In this document: in pieces, positions 49,644 through 59,943 of the stretch
How positions within the stretch are numbered: the stretch's first letter is position 1
How the letters are laid out: every line of letters begins with the position of its first letter
Source: a virus
Virus record (IMG/VR): IMGVR_UViG_3300024344_002032
Location: 23,859-87,858 of that record
Length of the DNA: 64,000 bases
Strand: one strand, 5' to 3'
Notes under the pieces: generated by a model
Seen by the model: only the letters and a program-made list of their open reading frames with translations
Told to the model about the DNA's origin: nothing
The model's database searches: none
Program-made: the position numbers and the translations under genes

Positions 49644-51063
49644 CTATCCACCAATTAGGTGTTTGTAAATGTAAATCAAGACTTCTTTCGTACTCTTCCT
49701 TTAAATCTTCAAATTCTAAAAAGGTATCAAAAAAACTATGTCCTCTAACCTTATCCATAAAGTTTGTGTATTGATAAAACATATATCTCTGATTTTCTTC
49801 TGTTTGTTCTACACCTTGACAATATTTTCCGTAACTACCATGTGCTTCCCAATTACTTTCTAAGTAAGAAATAATTTTATTAGCTGCACCATGTAAATCT
49901 AAATATTTATTATCATATGTAGAATAATCATAAAATTCTCTATAACGTTCTGCAGCAACTCCTCTATAACTCCAGGGAATTACTGTTGCTCTTAAATGTA
50001 ATGGTTGATCTATTATTATAGGCCAAAATGCTACTTCCCTTTTTAACTCTAAACGATTTAACCATCTCATTATTTTATAAGTTTCAAACATATTATATAC
50101 CTGAAATACATTATATATCTGAATCCTTACTTTATTTGGTAGTTGTATTAATTTTTTAAAATTAGTTTCTATATCTTTCCATACTGAACCATATCTTATA
50201 TATTCTTGTGAAGTTTTATAACCATCAATACTAACCTGAACCTCACTCTTATCAAAGAAAGATAATTTATCATATAAATTCATATTCCAAGTTGTAAGGT
50301 TAGTAGTAAATGATACATGACATTCTTTATTACCTATTTCAATTAAATGATTTATCATATCATCATTTGCTTTTATTATACTTGGTTCACCACCTGTTAC
50401 ATACAATCTTTTTAATGTTGGTGCTATCTTCTTAAAGTTATCTAAGAACTTTGGATTCTCATGCCACATCATATTAATTTTTGATATTTCATATTCTGAT
50501 GGATACCACATATCATATAACCAACTTGGCATAGAAGTTCCATACTTCTTAACTATATCTAATCGTTCAGCATTAATCCTACTACTACTATATCCCCAAC
50601 ACATTGTACATTTGAGATTACAATGATTACCTAATCTAAGTTCTAAACTATTTAATGTATCTTTAATAAATCCATCGTCATCCATCATCTTTATATTATT
50701 CTCTATGATATCTTTCATATGAGAATATACACCATCATCACTCATATAACTTTTTATACTGTCTAATCTTGTACTTGTTGGTGCGTCATGACCACCATAT
50801 GTCTTTTCTAAATTTTCAACATTCCAACATACATTACATTCTTGTATTTGTTCTCCATTTAAAAGTTTTTTTCTAATATCTCTCATGTGTTTAGAATTCC
50901 AAACTTCATCTATATCATCAGTAGCTACATTAAATGTAGAACCATCATCTTTCTTTAAATGTAAGTTTTCATTTTGAGCACAACATATCTTCATAGAACC
51001 ATCAGTATTATTATTTAGGTTCATAAAAGGAAACGGACAAAATGTTTTTGATTTAATGTTCAT
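49636..51063 (-). CDS. Radical SAM protein with N-terminal twitch-like domain
   Basis: FCPFPF...CC...CNVC precedes CNLKCTMC and GGEP; start revised. Confidence 0.88.
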   Translation of the reverse strand: MNIKSKTFCPFPFMNLNNNTDGSMKICCAQNENLHLKKDDGSTFNVATDDIDEVWNSKHMRDIRKKLLNGEQIQECNVCWNVENLEKTYGGHDAPTSTRLDSIKSYMSDDGVYSHMKDIIENNIKMMDDDGFIKDTLNSLELRLGNHCNLKCTMCWGYSSSRINAERLDIVKKYGTSMPSWLYDMWYPSEYEISKINMMWHENPKFLDNFKKIAPTLKRLYVTGGEPSIIKANDDMINHLIEIGNKECHVSFTTNLTTWNMNLYDKLSFFDKSEVQVSIDGYKTSQEYIRYGSVWKDIETNFKKLIQLPNKVRIQIYNVFQVYNMFETYKIMRWLNRLELKREVAFWPIIIDQPLHLRATVIPWSYRGVAAERYREFYDYSTYDNKYLDLHGAANKIISYLESNWEAHGSYGKYCQGVEQTEENQRYMFYQYTNFMDKVRGHSFFDTFLEFEDLKEEYERSLDLHLQTPNWWIDD

Positions 51064-52288
51064 AATCTCTAAAAAATTCAAGTTCAGGAGCTACTTGGTA
51101 TAAAGACTCTCCTCTTAGTTTATCTAATGGTGTATTCCTATCTATAAAATCAGGTACAAGATTTTCATAATTCTCTTGTTGTAAGAAATCAAGAACTGAT
51201 TCAAATCCTCTTTTTGCAGCACCATCTCCAAAGTTATCATCAATCCATTTTATATGATCTGTATATTTGTTAATAAATTTCTTTCTTTCTTTTGGTGGTA
51301 TAATCTGTATTCTATATTCTGTAGGATAAGTCAATATATTCATTCTAACATTTTGTGGTTCTAATAATCCTTTATCAATCCATTCTTTATGAAAGTCTGG
51401 TAAATGATATACATTCATAATACTGACTGTAGGTGTTATTTCAAAGTATACATCAGGACATTCTTTTATCATTCGTCTACGATTCTCTTCTATTACATCC
51501 CAATTAGTTCCTGCCCTAATCAACTCACCTCTTGCACCCATAGCATCAAGACTTGCAGCTATTCTTACATCTTTAAAACTATTCCAATACTCTAATATAG
51601 ATTTCTTTTTAAAATAAAGATTACTAAAGTTAGTTGTATATCTAAGTCTTACATCAATATCATTCTCAATCCAAAAATCTAATATCTTGTAATGTTCTTC
51701 TGTAATAATTGGTTCACCACCTGCCCAACATGCTTCCTCTACTGTCAATAACAATGGTTGTAAATCATCCCAAAATTTTTTATTCTCTAAGATATTCATC
51801 ATCTTTGGGTCTTCGGGTGTATAACCATATAATTTTACGTGTTCTTCATACCAAGCACTACTTAATTCTGGTCCACAAGTTCTACATCTAAAATTACAAA
51901 TATTAGAAACTCTAATATCCATATAACCCATATTTAATTCTTCTACAGTTCCATCAACTTGTGTAGTCTCTACTCTATCCCAATGTTTTCCATAATATTG
52001 ATTAACCATATTTCTTAATGTAAATACATTAGACTTTTCCATCTCATAACATCTACTACATTCTTTAGTCTCATCGTCATTTAACATATTCTTTCTAAGT
52101 TGTCTATACTTTTCGTTATTCCAAATCTCTGCTAAACTATTATCATTTAAATTACCATATTCAACTGTACTATCCGACATACAACAAGGAAATGCTTTAC
52201 CACTTGGCCACACGTGTGTGTGTATCCAGGGCATCATACAGAATACTTTTGATTCTTTAAGTTTTAATATTTTATCTCTAATACTCAT
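51053..52288 (-). CDS. Radical SAM protein with N-terminal twitch-like domain
   Basis: FCMMPW...PCC...CSRC precedes CNFRCRTC and GGEP. Confidence 0.88.
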   Translation of the reverse strand: MSIRDKILKLKESKVFCMMPWIHTHVWPSGKAFPCCMSDSTVEYGNLNDNSLAEIWNNEKYRQLRKNMLNDDETKECSRCYEMEKSNVFTLRNMVNQYYGKHWDRVETTQVDGTVEELNMGYMDIRVSNICNFRCRTCGPELSSAWYEEHVKLYGYTPEDPKMMNILENKKFWDDLQPLLLTVEEACWAGGEPIITEEHYKILDFWIENDIDVRLRYTTNFSNLYFKKKSILEYWNSFKDVRIAASLDAMGARGELIRAGTNWDVIEENRRRMIKECPDVYFEITPTVSIMNVYHLPDFHKEWIDKGLLEPQNVRMNILTYPTEYRIQIIPPKERKKFINKYTDHIKWIDDNFGDGAAKRGFESVLDFLQQENYENLVPDFIDRNTPLDKLRGESLYQVAPELEFFRDYEH

Positions 52289-52392
52289 TATTTGTATATA
52301 AAAGGATCTCTCTTTTTCAATTCTTTAATCTTTTTTCTATATCTTATTTCTAATCGTATTTTAGAAACTAATTTTTTAATCCACTTTATCAT
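52288..52392 (-). CDS. Small basic 34-aa protein (not in ORF track)
   Basis: MIKWIKKLVSKIRLEIRYRKKIKELKKRDPFIYK fills the gap exactly and is TAATG-coupled to the next gene. Confidence 0.75.
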   Translation of the reverse strand: MIKWIKKLVSKIRLEIRYRKKIKELKKRDPFIYK

Positions 52393-53881
52393 TTTGTTTT
52401 CTCCTTAACATTTCAGCTCTTCTTTGTTCTAATCGAATAGCTCTTTGTGTTTTAGTAGTGCTTTGTCTACAACTATTATAAAATTCTTCATACTCAGGAA
52501 ATGCTTTCAAAAAATCTGTATCTCTTCTCTTATCATGTTCAGTAAAGAAATTATAAAAATCACTTCTTCCTTTTCTAAGATAATCCTCACTAACTTCTGC
52601 TGATTTAAAATAATCTACAACTCTTCTAAACTTTTCTACTTCTAATGTTTTAAATTTAGTATTATCTTCATCATTCTGAAAATTCATCATAAACTCTAAG
52701 TGTCTATTCATATAATGAGTAAAATCTTCTTTAGGTAAAATATTCATATCATAGTGTGGTGGTTCTTTTAAATATGGTGTATCCATCTGTATTCTCTGAA
52801 GTGGTATTGGTTGATTTATATTACCACGTTCTTTTGCACCTTTATCGTTATACTTTTCTCTCCACTTTAATATCTGCTCTAATAATGAATCAAAATTAGA
52901 AACACATAAATTATTAAAAGTAATCATTAATGATAATTTAGAATCTTTAATTTCAGTTAAATACTTATCAAAATTTCTCTTAAATAATTCTATATCTAAA
53001 CCATTTCTTATATATTCAGCTTTATCTTTATCCCAAGTATCTATAGAAGTAAATAGTTTAAACTCTTTTACTTTTTTCTCCTCTATAATTGGTTTTAACT
53101 TTTCTATAAACCTATCAAAGAGTTTTGGATTTGCACCAAGATTAGAATTTATGTTTAACTCAAGATTTGGCATAGGGTTCTTATTAATCTCATCTAATAA
53201 TCTATATGTACTACCATGTATTGTTGGTTCACCACCTGTAATCCTTAATATATTTAATGTCTTAGAAACTTCTGGCCACCACTTCCACCATGCTTCAATA
53301 TATGGATTATCTTCTTCTGATTCATATAACTTGTCAATAAACCAATCTACATCATATGTGCCAGTATAATTCTTTGTATAAGGACCAAATTTTTTAATCT
53401 CATCTAAAAATCTTGAACTGTATCTTGGATGACAATAACCACATTTAAAGTTACAAGAATTTCCAAATGAAAGTTCAATGTATTCTGGATTAACATTCAT
53501 ATCCCAGGGGTTATTTATGATATCATCTAATCTACTTTTATCTCCCTCATGTATTGATAGTGTTCTTTGTTTTCTATCACTTATATAATCAGAACCCATA
53601 GATTCTACATTCCAACAATAAGTACATCCTGCAGGTTTCTCACCCTCTAACATCATCTTTCGTTCTAACTTCTTTTGTTTGGTATTGTGTAAAGCAGATG
53701 GATTGTCTTTCAACTCATCTAAAGGAATAACGTGTGGTTGTGGATGGTAACAGCTATGAGTCTCACCTAAATGTAGATAGATGGTAACATGATGCCATTT
53801 GGCAAGACAAAAAGTAGGACTTGTTCTTGCTTCTATCTGTGGTAAAATCTCTTTTATACGATCGTGTTCGTAATTACTCAT
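52376..53881 (-). CDS. Radical SAM protein with N-terminal twitch-like domain
   Basis: FCLAKW...SCYH...CTYC precedes CNFKCGYC and GGEP; start revised. Confidence 0.88.
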   Translation of the reverse strand: MSNYEHDRIKEILPQIEARTSPTFCLAKWHHVTIYLHLGETHSCYHPQPHVIPLDELKDNPSALHNTKQKKLERKMMLEGEKPAGCTYCWNVESMGSDYISDRKQRTLSIHEGDKSRLDDIINNPWDMNVNPEYIELSFGNSCNFKCGYCHPRYSSRFLDEIKKFGPYTKNYTGTYDVDWFIDKLYESEEDNPYIEAWWKWWPEVSKTLNILRITGGEPTIHGSTYRLLDEINKNPMPNLELNINSNLGANPKLFDRFIEKLKPIIEEKKVKEFKLFTSIDTWDKDKAEYIRNGLDIELFKRNFDKYLTEIKDSKLSLMITFNNLCVSNFDSLLEQILKWREKYNDKGAKERGNINQPIPLQRIQMDTPYLKEPPHYDMNILPKEDFTHYMNRHLEFMMNFQNDEDNTKFKTLEVEKFRRVVDYFKSAEVSEDYLRKGRSDFYNFFTEHDKRRDTDFLKAFPEYEEFYNSCRQSTTKTQRAIRLEQRRAEMLRRKQNDKVD

Positions 53882-55301
53882 CCACAAACCTCACATTAAT
53901 CATTTTATGATTTTTATAAACTTCTTCAATATTATCTATTTTATATTTCATATTTTTTACACCATATTGATCATTATCAATATCAATTTTATTCTCTTGC
54001 ATTTCTAATCTATATAATCTCTCATTTACTTGAGTAGTATCTTTTGCAAATGTATCACCTACTATACCCTCATCTTCGTGTGGTAAACATTTAAATCTAC
54101 TAAATCTTCTATGTGGAACAACTGTAAATGGTATTTTGTCAATAACTTCTTGAGTTATACTAGCAGTATTTCCATTCCACAATTGACCATGATTTTCATA
54201 ACCACTTTTATCAATAATAAATTTATAATCTTTAACAGTTTCAAAATCATAATCCAACACTACTTCGTCTCTATGATTTATTATCTTAAAATAAGCTAAA
54301 CTACCATTAAATGTTTTATGATATTCATTATTGTCATCTCCTTTACCAAGAAACATATCAGAACCACCATATCTTTTAAGTGGTGTAAAATATTCTAATG
54401 GTGATTCTGTTCCTGTACCATGTCTTGTATCAGAATCTTCTCCGTTTATTTGTAATCTTATATGTTTCTTTCTATCGTCAACTTTAACATTAACTAATGT
54501 CCATTCATTAGGATATCTTTTAGCCCAACTATATAATATATCATTCTTCCAACTCCACATTGTATTGGATATTGCTCTTGCATTAGTATAACTAATTGTA
54601 TGATCCCACCCTCTTCTACAAAAAATTGGATATTGTAAATGTTTATGATTATCATCCCCAATTAAATATTGATTATCATAATCATGTTGTGGTTTAACTA
54701 ACATTTCAATTTCAAAATTTCTACTATTGAAATTATGTAATGATCTTGATGATGGTATTTTAACGTAACTATATCCTAAATTGAGAATACTTGTTACTCC
54801 TGGTCCTTTAAGATATCTATCATTTGTCATTCCTTTTAAATGACATCTCCAAAACAAATCATCGTCTTCCATTCCCCATCCCCAATAGTTGGCATGGTAT
54901 CCATTTACTTTTTCAAATTGTTCTATAGTAAATAAAACAACACCACCAAAGTATTCTACATCTCTGAGATTATAATCCCATTGTGATAAGTAAGTTGCTA
55001 TGTGAACTGGATTGTCTTTTGGATAACTATAGTCTGCACCATCTTCAGGTAACATATCTACATCATGAAATGCTACATAATCACAACCCTCTTCTTTAGC
55101 TGCTAGAAATGCAGCATTTTTTGTACCACTTCGATTGAATAATTTATCATCTACTTGATGACCAATAAAAATTTTGTGTTTTATATTCCTATCATTAAGA
55201 AATTTAGTTAGATAGGGAACTAATGTATCTAAATGTTTTTTTCTAACACCATCACCAGTATCTCTATAAGGAATGCAGACACCCAAATAATGTTCTGACA
55301 T
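53874..55301 (-). CDS. GT7 (beta-1,4-galactosyltransferase-like) with inserted LamG/ConA-like domain
   Basis: IPYRD, FNR, FHDVD, FGGV, VNG, WGWGMEDDD, then a beta-sandwich insert ending DKSG-x-NHG. Confidence 0.85.
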   Translation of the reverse strand: MSEHYLGVCIPYRDTGDGVRKKHLDTLVPYLTKFLNDRNIKHKIFIGHQVDDKLFNRSGTKNAAFLAAKEEGCDYVAFHDVDMLPEDGADYSYPKDNPVHIATYLSQWDYNLRDVEYFGGVVLFTIEQFEKVNGYHANYWGWGMEDDDLFWRCHLKGMTNDRYLKGPGVTSILNLGYSYVKIPSSRSLHNFNSRNFEIEMLVKPQHDYDNQYLIGDDNHKHLQYPIFCRRGWDHTISYTNARAISNTMWSWKNDILYSWAKRYPNEWTLVNVKVDDRKKHIRLQINGEDSDTRHGTGTESPLEYFTPLKRYGGSDMFLGKGDDNNEYHKTFNGSLAYFKIINHRDEVVLDYDFETVKDYKFIIDKSGYENHGQLWNGNTASITQEVIDKIPFTVVPHRRFSRFKCLPHEDEGIVGDTFAKDTTQVNERLYRLEMQENKIDIDNDQYGVKNMKYKIDNIEEVYKNHKMINVRFVDE

Positions 55302-56860
55302 TACAACTCCACACTAATCAATGTAGTATTATCTGATAATTCCTTTTTATCTACAAACTTATATTTTAAAGTATTTAATCCGTCAATGTGCCAATCTTCT
55401 AAACCATTCTTTACTTTATTAAAAAATCTTGTTTGATTTCCTCTTGTCTCTGGATGTATCCAATGTAATCCGTCAGCTGCCCAAGCAGATTTCTTATGTT
55501 CTTGTGATGAAAAACCACCATATCTACGATGTGGTATACTCAAAAAAGTTCCCAACGATCCCACCTTTTGTCCTTTTTTAGCTCCAACTATATCACCACT
55601 ATTAAACCAACCACTATTATCTAAAACTTGATTTCCTACAATATGTTTGAAATCATAATATAAAAGTAAATTATTAGAACTTACATACTCATCAAAACTA
55701 TCAGTTAAACTTTTTATATAATTGTTATTATATAATGACTTAACTTCTTTCATATCTAAAGCACTATTCCAAATAGCAACCTCAGATATCTTTCCTTTAA
55801 AATTATAAGAGTATTCTTTATTATCTGAATGAGCACAACCTAAATAAATAAAATCTTCTTTTGTATAATCATATAACTTTTCTATCTTTTTAGAATCTAC
55901 TATCTCACCATTTTGATAGAAAGTGAATCTATCTGCTTCTTTGTTATAAACCATAGTTAAATGATTAAAGTATTCTGTTTCTATATCTGTAAGGATTGCT
56001 TGTGATTTTAAATCAGAATCAAATATATCTGCTTTATATCTTCTATGACTTGTATAAGATAAACCACAATGATAACCAGGTATAGAAAAAACAAAATGTT
56101 CATCATATGGTATATCCTCTACTTGATGTTGTGTATCTGGTTTTAAACTAACTGTAACACTAAAGCTATTTTGAGTTAATTTTTTAAGTTCATCCGTAAC
56201 AGTTATTTTTACATAATCGTCAAAACCATCAAAAATTAAAAAATCATAAAGGTTTTGATTTTTCACACCAAAAAACTTATTATCTATTGGTAATCCTGCT
56301 TCTTTACATCTAAACAATAAGTCATCATCCTCAAATCCCCATCCCCAATAGTTATTTGATCTACCATTTACTAATTCATATTGATCTCTTGTAAATAAAG
56401 TTACACCACCAAAGTAATCAGCAAATTGTAATTGATAATCGTATTCACTTGTATAACCAGCAAGATGTATTGGATAGTGTTCAGGATAAGAATAGTCAAC
56501 ATCTTTTTCTGGCAATAAGTCAACATCATGAAATGCATAATGAGTAAAATCCCAATCAGAACATTTATGGTCTCTCCATTTCCTACGAAAAGATTTAGCT
56601 AAACTATAACTTGTTCTTGTTCTTAACTCAGAATCAAAGTTTTGTCTATTAGATGGATATTCTTTTCTTATAGTTGAAGCGAAACCAATATTTAATAACT
56701 TACCCTGATTAAATGATTTGTTATCTGATTGTTCTACTACAAAAATATGATAATCTGTATCTTTATCAGAAAAAAACTTATCTATATGCTTGATAAATCT
56801 ATCAAGTTGTTTTTTTCTATTCCGATACGGAACTATTATCGCTAGCTTCGACTTTTTCAT
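55301..56860 (-). CDS. GT7 with inserted LamG domain
   Basis: VPYRNR, FHDVD, WGWGFEDDD; LamG-type FKGKISEVAIWNSAL; C-terminal GLNTLKY; start revised. Confidence 0.85.
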   Translation of the reverse strand: MKKSKLAIIVPYRNRKKQLDRFIKHIDKFFSDKDTDYHIFVVEQSDNKSFNQGKLLNIGFASTIRKEYPSNRQNFDSELRTRTSYSLAKSFRRKWRDHKCSDWDFTHYAFHDVDLLPEKDVDYSYPEHYPIHLAGYTSEYDYQLQFADYFGGVTLFTRDQYELVNGRSNNYWGWGFEDDDLLFRCKEAGLPIDNKFFGVKNQNLYDFLIFDGFDDYVKITVTDELKKLTQNSFSVTVSLKPDTQHQVEDIPYDEHFVFSIPGYHCGLSYTSHRRYKADIFDSDLKSQAILTDIETEYFNHLTMVYNKEADRFTFYQNGEIVDSKKIEKLYDYTKEDFIYLGCAHSDNKEYSYNFKGKISEVAIWNSALDMKEVKSLYNNNYIKSLTDSFDEYVSSNNLLLYYDFKHIVGNQVLDNSGWFNSGDIVGAKKGQKVGSLGTFLSIPHRRYGGFSSQEHKKSAWAADGLHWIHPETRGNQTRFFNKVKNGLEDWHIDGLNTLKYKFVDKKELSDNTTLISVEL

Positions 56861-57053
56861 TTCTTCTTGGTGGTCTATTTGGATTACCCTCAACTTGCGC
56901 TTTTAATAGATTGTAAAATTCATAATAATACCACTCTATTCTTTCTTGATGTTGAACTAAATCAAGTTCAAGTAATGTATCTTCCATTGTTTGTAAAGAT
57001 GTAGCAATACTTTCAAGAGATTTTACTAATCTATCTATTTGTTGTTCTTCCAT
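56817..57053 (-). CDS. Small coiled-coil hypothetical protein
   Basis: ATG 57053 with AGGAG SD; heptad-like LESIATSLQTME. Confidence 0.55.
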   Translation of the reverse strand: MEEQQIDRLVKSLESIATSLQTMEDTLLELDLVQHQERIEWYYYEFYNLLKAQVEGNPNRPPRRNEKVEASDNSSVSE

Positions 57054-57061
57054 AAGAACTC

Positions 57062-58651
57062 CTATGTTATTATTTCTAACCATTCATGGTTTGTTTCATA
57101 TTCTTTTCTACTACCAAGTTTGTAGTCTAAATTATTTAAACCTATATCATCTATATCTATTGTACCTAACCTAACTTCACCAAAAAATATATCCCCATTT
57201 TGTAATATATCTGGATCATATGATTTTAATTGTGTAAGAATATGTTCTTTATAATTTAATTCTTTTCCATCATCTAAAGTTTTATATACACCAAATCTTC
57301 GCATAGGTACTTTTATTTCATTCCCTAATATTATTTCTTCTTTATCGTGAGTTATAAATTTGTTACCAACCATTTTAGCTTTATTACCTATTAGAGCTAA
57401 TCTCTCTGTACTACCAAAGGGAAATTTATCAGTATTCCAATCTCTATACTTATTTTTACCACTTCTATCAGCTTTTTGTTTTGCTATATATTGATTAGGA
57501 TTTTTAGTATTGGTAGTAAAAACTCCATTGTTTTCATTTCGTGTTTCATCTAATATGAAACTTCCGTAACCTTTATCACATCTATAAAATAATAATGGAT
57601 TATATCTTAAATCTTCTATCTTATCCACATATAATGTTCTAACATCTTCTAAATTTAAATTAGTATTCCAAAAAGAAATTTCACTAATATCACCTGTAAA
57701 ACAATGTTCTTTTTCTGAATCTGAACCAATATAAAACCATTCATCTTTAAAATCTTCTAATGTAGTTATTTTTTTAATATCAATTAAAGAACCATTTATA
57801 TATGCTTTAAACTCTTTACTATCTTTATCATATACCATACATAAATGATACCATTCATTTGGTATTCTATAATCTTCTATTACATAAGCATTATTTTTAT
57901 CATCCCAAAGAGTAAATTTAAACTTATCTTCTGGAGTATAAGTTATACCAAATCCTATAGGTGGCCTTGTAAAAATAAATTGTTCATAATCATTATGTTT
58001 TGGGTTTACCCATATAGAAAAAGAAAAACTTTTACTTGTTAAACCATTTATAGAATCTGAAGTTTCTATTTCTATACAAGTATTTCTTTCAAGAGTAATT
58101 TTATTTAAATCTTTTCTTATATAATTGTTATGTAAATAAATTTGCTCAAATGAATATCTTGAATTTTTTGATACTGATGAAATATCTATAAAGTTTTCTA
58201 ATGGTAATTCTTTCTCAACCATTCTATGCAACAAATCATTATCTTCATATCCCCAACCCCAATATTCATCAGAAAATCCATTGATTTGTTCAAAGTGTTC
58301 TTTATTGATTAAGAATACTCCACTAATAAACTCTTCGTATGGAATATATTGATCATCTACAATTGAAGCTAAATGAGTTGGTTCATCAGTATAGGAATAA
58401 TCACACTCATCTGTCATAGGTAATAGGTTAACATCGTGAAAGCAGAAGTAATCAAAATCATCTTTAATTACATCAAAAACTGAATTAAACAATTGACCTC
58501 TATTAAAAGGTCTATCGTCTCTTTGTTCTGCTACGATAATTTGATAATCGATTCCTTTATTTTCTAAAAAGGAATCCATATGTGGTATGAAAATGTCTAA
58601 TTGTTTACGTCTATCACGATACGGAACAATTATTGCTAATCTTTTATCCAT
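57062..58651 (-). CDS. GT7 with inserted LamG domain (DxD changed to DxN)
   Basis: VPYRDR, FNRG, FHDVN, WGWGYEDND; LamG-type WYHLCMVY...FTGDISEISFWN; C-terminal GLNNLDY. Confidence 0.85.
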   Translation of the reverse strand: MDKRLAIIVPYRDRRKQLDIFIPHMDSFLENKGIDYQIIVAEQRDDRPFNRGQLFNSVFDVIKDDFDYFCFHDVNLLPMTDECDYSYTDEPTHLASIVDDQYIPYEEFISGVFLINKEHFEQINGFSDEYWGWGYEDNDLLHRMVEKELPLENFIDISSVSKNSRYSFEQIYLHNNYIRKDLNKITLERNTCIEIETSDSINGLTSKSFSFSIWVNPKHNDYEQFIFTRPPIGFGITYTPEDKFKFTLWDDKNNAYVIEDYRIPNEWYHLCMVYDKDSKEFKAYINGSLIDIKKITTLEDFKDEWFYIGSDSEKEHCFTGDISEISFWNTNLNLEDVRTLYVDKIEDLRYNPLLFYRCDKGYGSFILDETRNENNGVFTTNTKNPNQYIAKQKADRSGKNKYRDWNTDKFPFGSTERLALIGNKAKMVGNKFITHDKEEIILGNEIKVPMRRFGVYKTLDDGKELNYKEHILTQLKSYDPDILQNGDIFFGEVRLGTIDIDDIGLNNLDYKLGSRKEYETNHEWLEIIT

Positions 58652-58672
58652 TAAAACCTACTTTTTGTCATA

Positions 58673-58680
58673 TATAAATA
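58673..58680 (-). promoter_or_regulatory. Putative late promoter TATTTATA heading the GT7 / radical SAM operon
   Basis: Context ATATTTATATATGAC. Confidence 0.65.
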
Positions 58681-58713
58681 TATAATAAAATTACCAAAAT
58701 AAATTATATTTAA

Positions 58714-59907
58714 TTAAATTGCAGTTCCACCTACTCCTGGATCTTCAACGAATGTATGTGCTGAATCTGATACTGGTGCACTCTCACTACCTTTATTATG
58801 AACTAATACATTTTCTGCAAAATATGTGTTGTTACCATCCACATCTACATTTACAATTTCTATTTCTTCTTCTATTTCTTCTATAGTATCTATTGAAATT
58901 TCTTTCATATCTTTATCATGCATAATTTGACCAACTTTTAGATTACGAACATATTCCCAACACCAAAATTCTTTACTATCTTTTCCCTCTGTTTCTAAAT
59001 AAAATCCCTCTGGAATTTTAACAAAAAATGGATGTTCACCTGTAACTTTTATTTCACCATTAATAAGAAAATAACTATCAGCAAAATCAAAGAACATATT
59101 AATTATTTTAGATGTAACCACTTCAGATTCACCTAACTCTGTAATACAATATTCAGCAAATGATACTTCACTTGCAATCATTGGATGTTCATCTTCTGTT
59201 TTTGCATTTGGCATTCTCATAGAAAGAAGTTCATCACCAATAGCTAATTCTTGTATTTCTCTTTGTGTTCCATCTGCTAATGTAAGTTTAGTATCTGGTG
59301 TAAAACAAGTAATAGCAACACTATTGTATGTATCTTCTACTTGAGTAACACCAACAATATATTTATTATAATTTGTTGCGTGATCATTAAATCCACTTGA
59401 TACTCTATCGTCAACATATGCTGCTGACATAGATACTTTAAAATCTCTTGTATGTGCTGCTGAGAACTCAGGTCTTGTACCATCTCCATCACCTGGTACA
59501 CCAGATGTTCTATTTGATATTGCACCTGCTGTAAACGAACCTGTATAATTTGGTTGTGTCGCTGAAGAAGTATTATAAACTGTACCAGCAGATCCTGATA
59601 ATTGGATAGCGTGCCAAACAAAGTTATGATGCCAAGTTCCTATTCTTGAAAGAAATCGTGAACCTGCATCAGAAAATTCCATTTTAACTATTTCATTAGT
59701 TCCTTCATCATGAAATTTACTTTTTGAAAGTGCTGCGGTTACTGATGAAATAGAGAAATCCGACATTTTAAAATCATTGCCGCTAGTAGTACCACCAGCG
59801 TCTGCACGCAATTTTGAATCTGCTGTAGTATCACTACTAACATTTGCTGGATCTGTAGCTCTTCTCAGTTTTCCTAACGATAAATTTTGTCCTGAATCAG
59901 TTGCCAT
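58714..59907 (-). CDS. Virion-like protein with C-terminal Hint (BIL / PT-HINT-like) domain
   Basis: Hint domain about 58795-59307: CFTPDT-x-L-x-LADG, TGEHPF, TYFAENVLVHN followed by K. Confidence 0.8.
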   Translation of the reverse strand: MATDSGQNLSLGKLRRATDPANVSSDTTADSKLRADAGGTTSGNDFKMSDFSISSVTAALSKSKFHDEGTNEIVKMEFSDAGSRFLSRIGTWHHNFVWHAIQLSGSAGTVYNTSSATQPNYTGSFTAGAISNRTSGVPGDGDGTRPEFSAAHTRDFKVSMSAAYVDDRVSSGFNDHATNYNKYIVGVTQVEDTYNSVAITCFTPDTKLTLADGTQREIQELAIGDELLSMRMPNAKTEDEHPMIASEVSFAEYCITELGESEVVTSKIINMFFDFADSYFLINGEIKVTGEHPFFVKIPEGFYLETEGKDSKEFWCWEYVRNLKVGQIMHDKDMKEISIDTIEEIEEEIEIVNVDVDGNNTYFAENVLVHNKGSESAPVSDSAHTFVEDPGVGGTAI

Positions 59908-59935
59908 TAATTGTTCCTATATATAGTTTGTCATT

Positions 59936-59943
59936 TATAAATA
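59936..59943 (-). promoter_or_regulatory. Putative late promoter TATTTATA
   Basis: Context GATATTTATAAATGAC. Confidence 0.6.

Noticed and set aside
18230-58651. Island as a captured host O-antigen/capsule locus or a true antibiotic cluster
   Set aside because: No flippase, polymerase, transporter or resistance gene is recognisable; it carries the phage promoter motif and internal paralog expansions.
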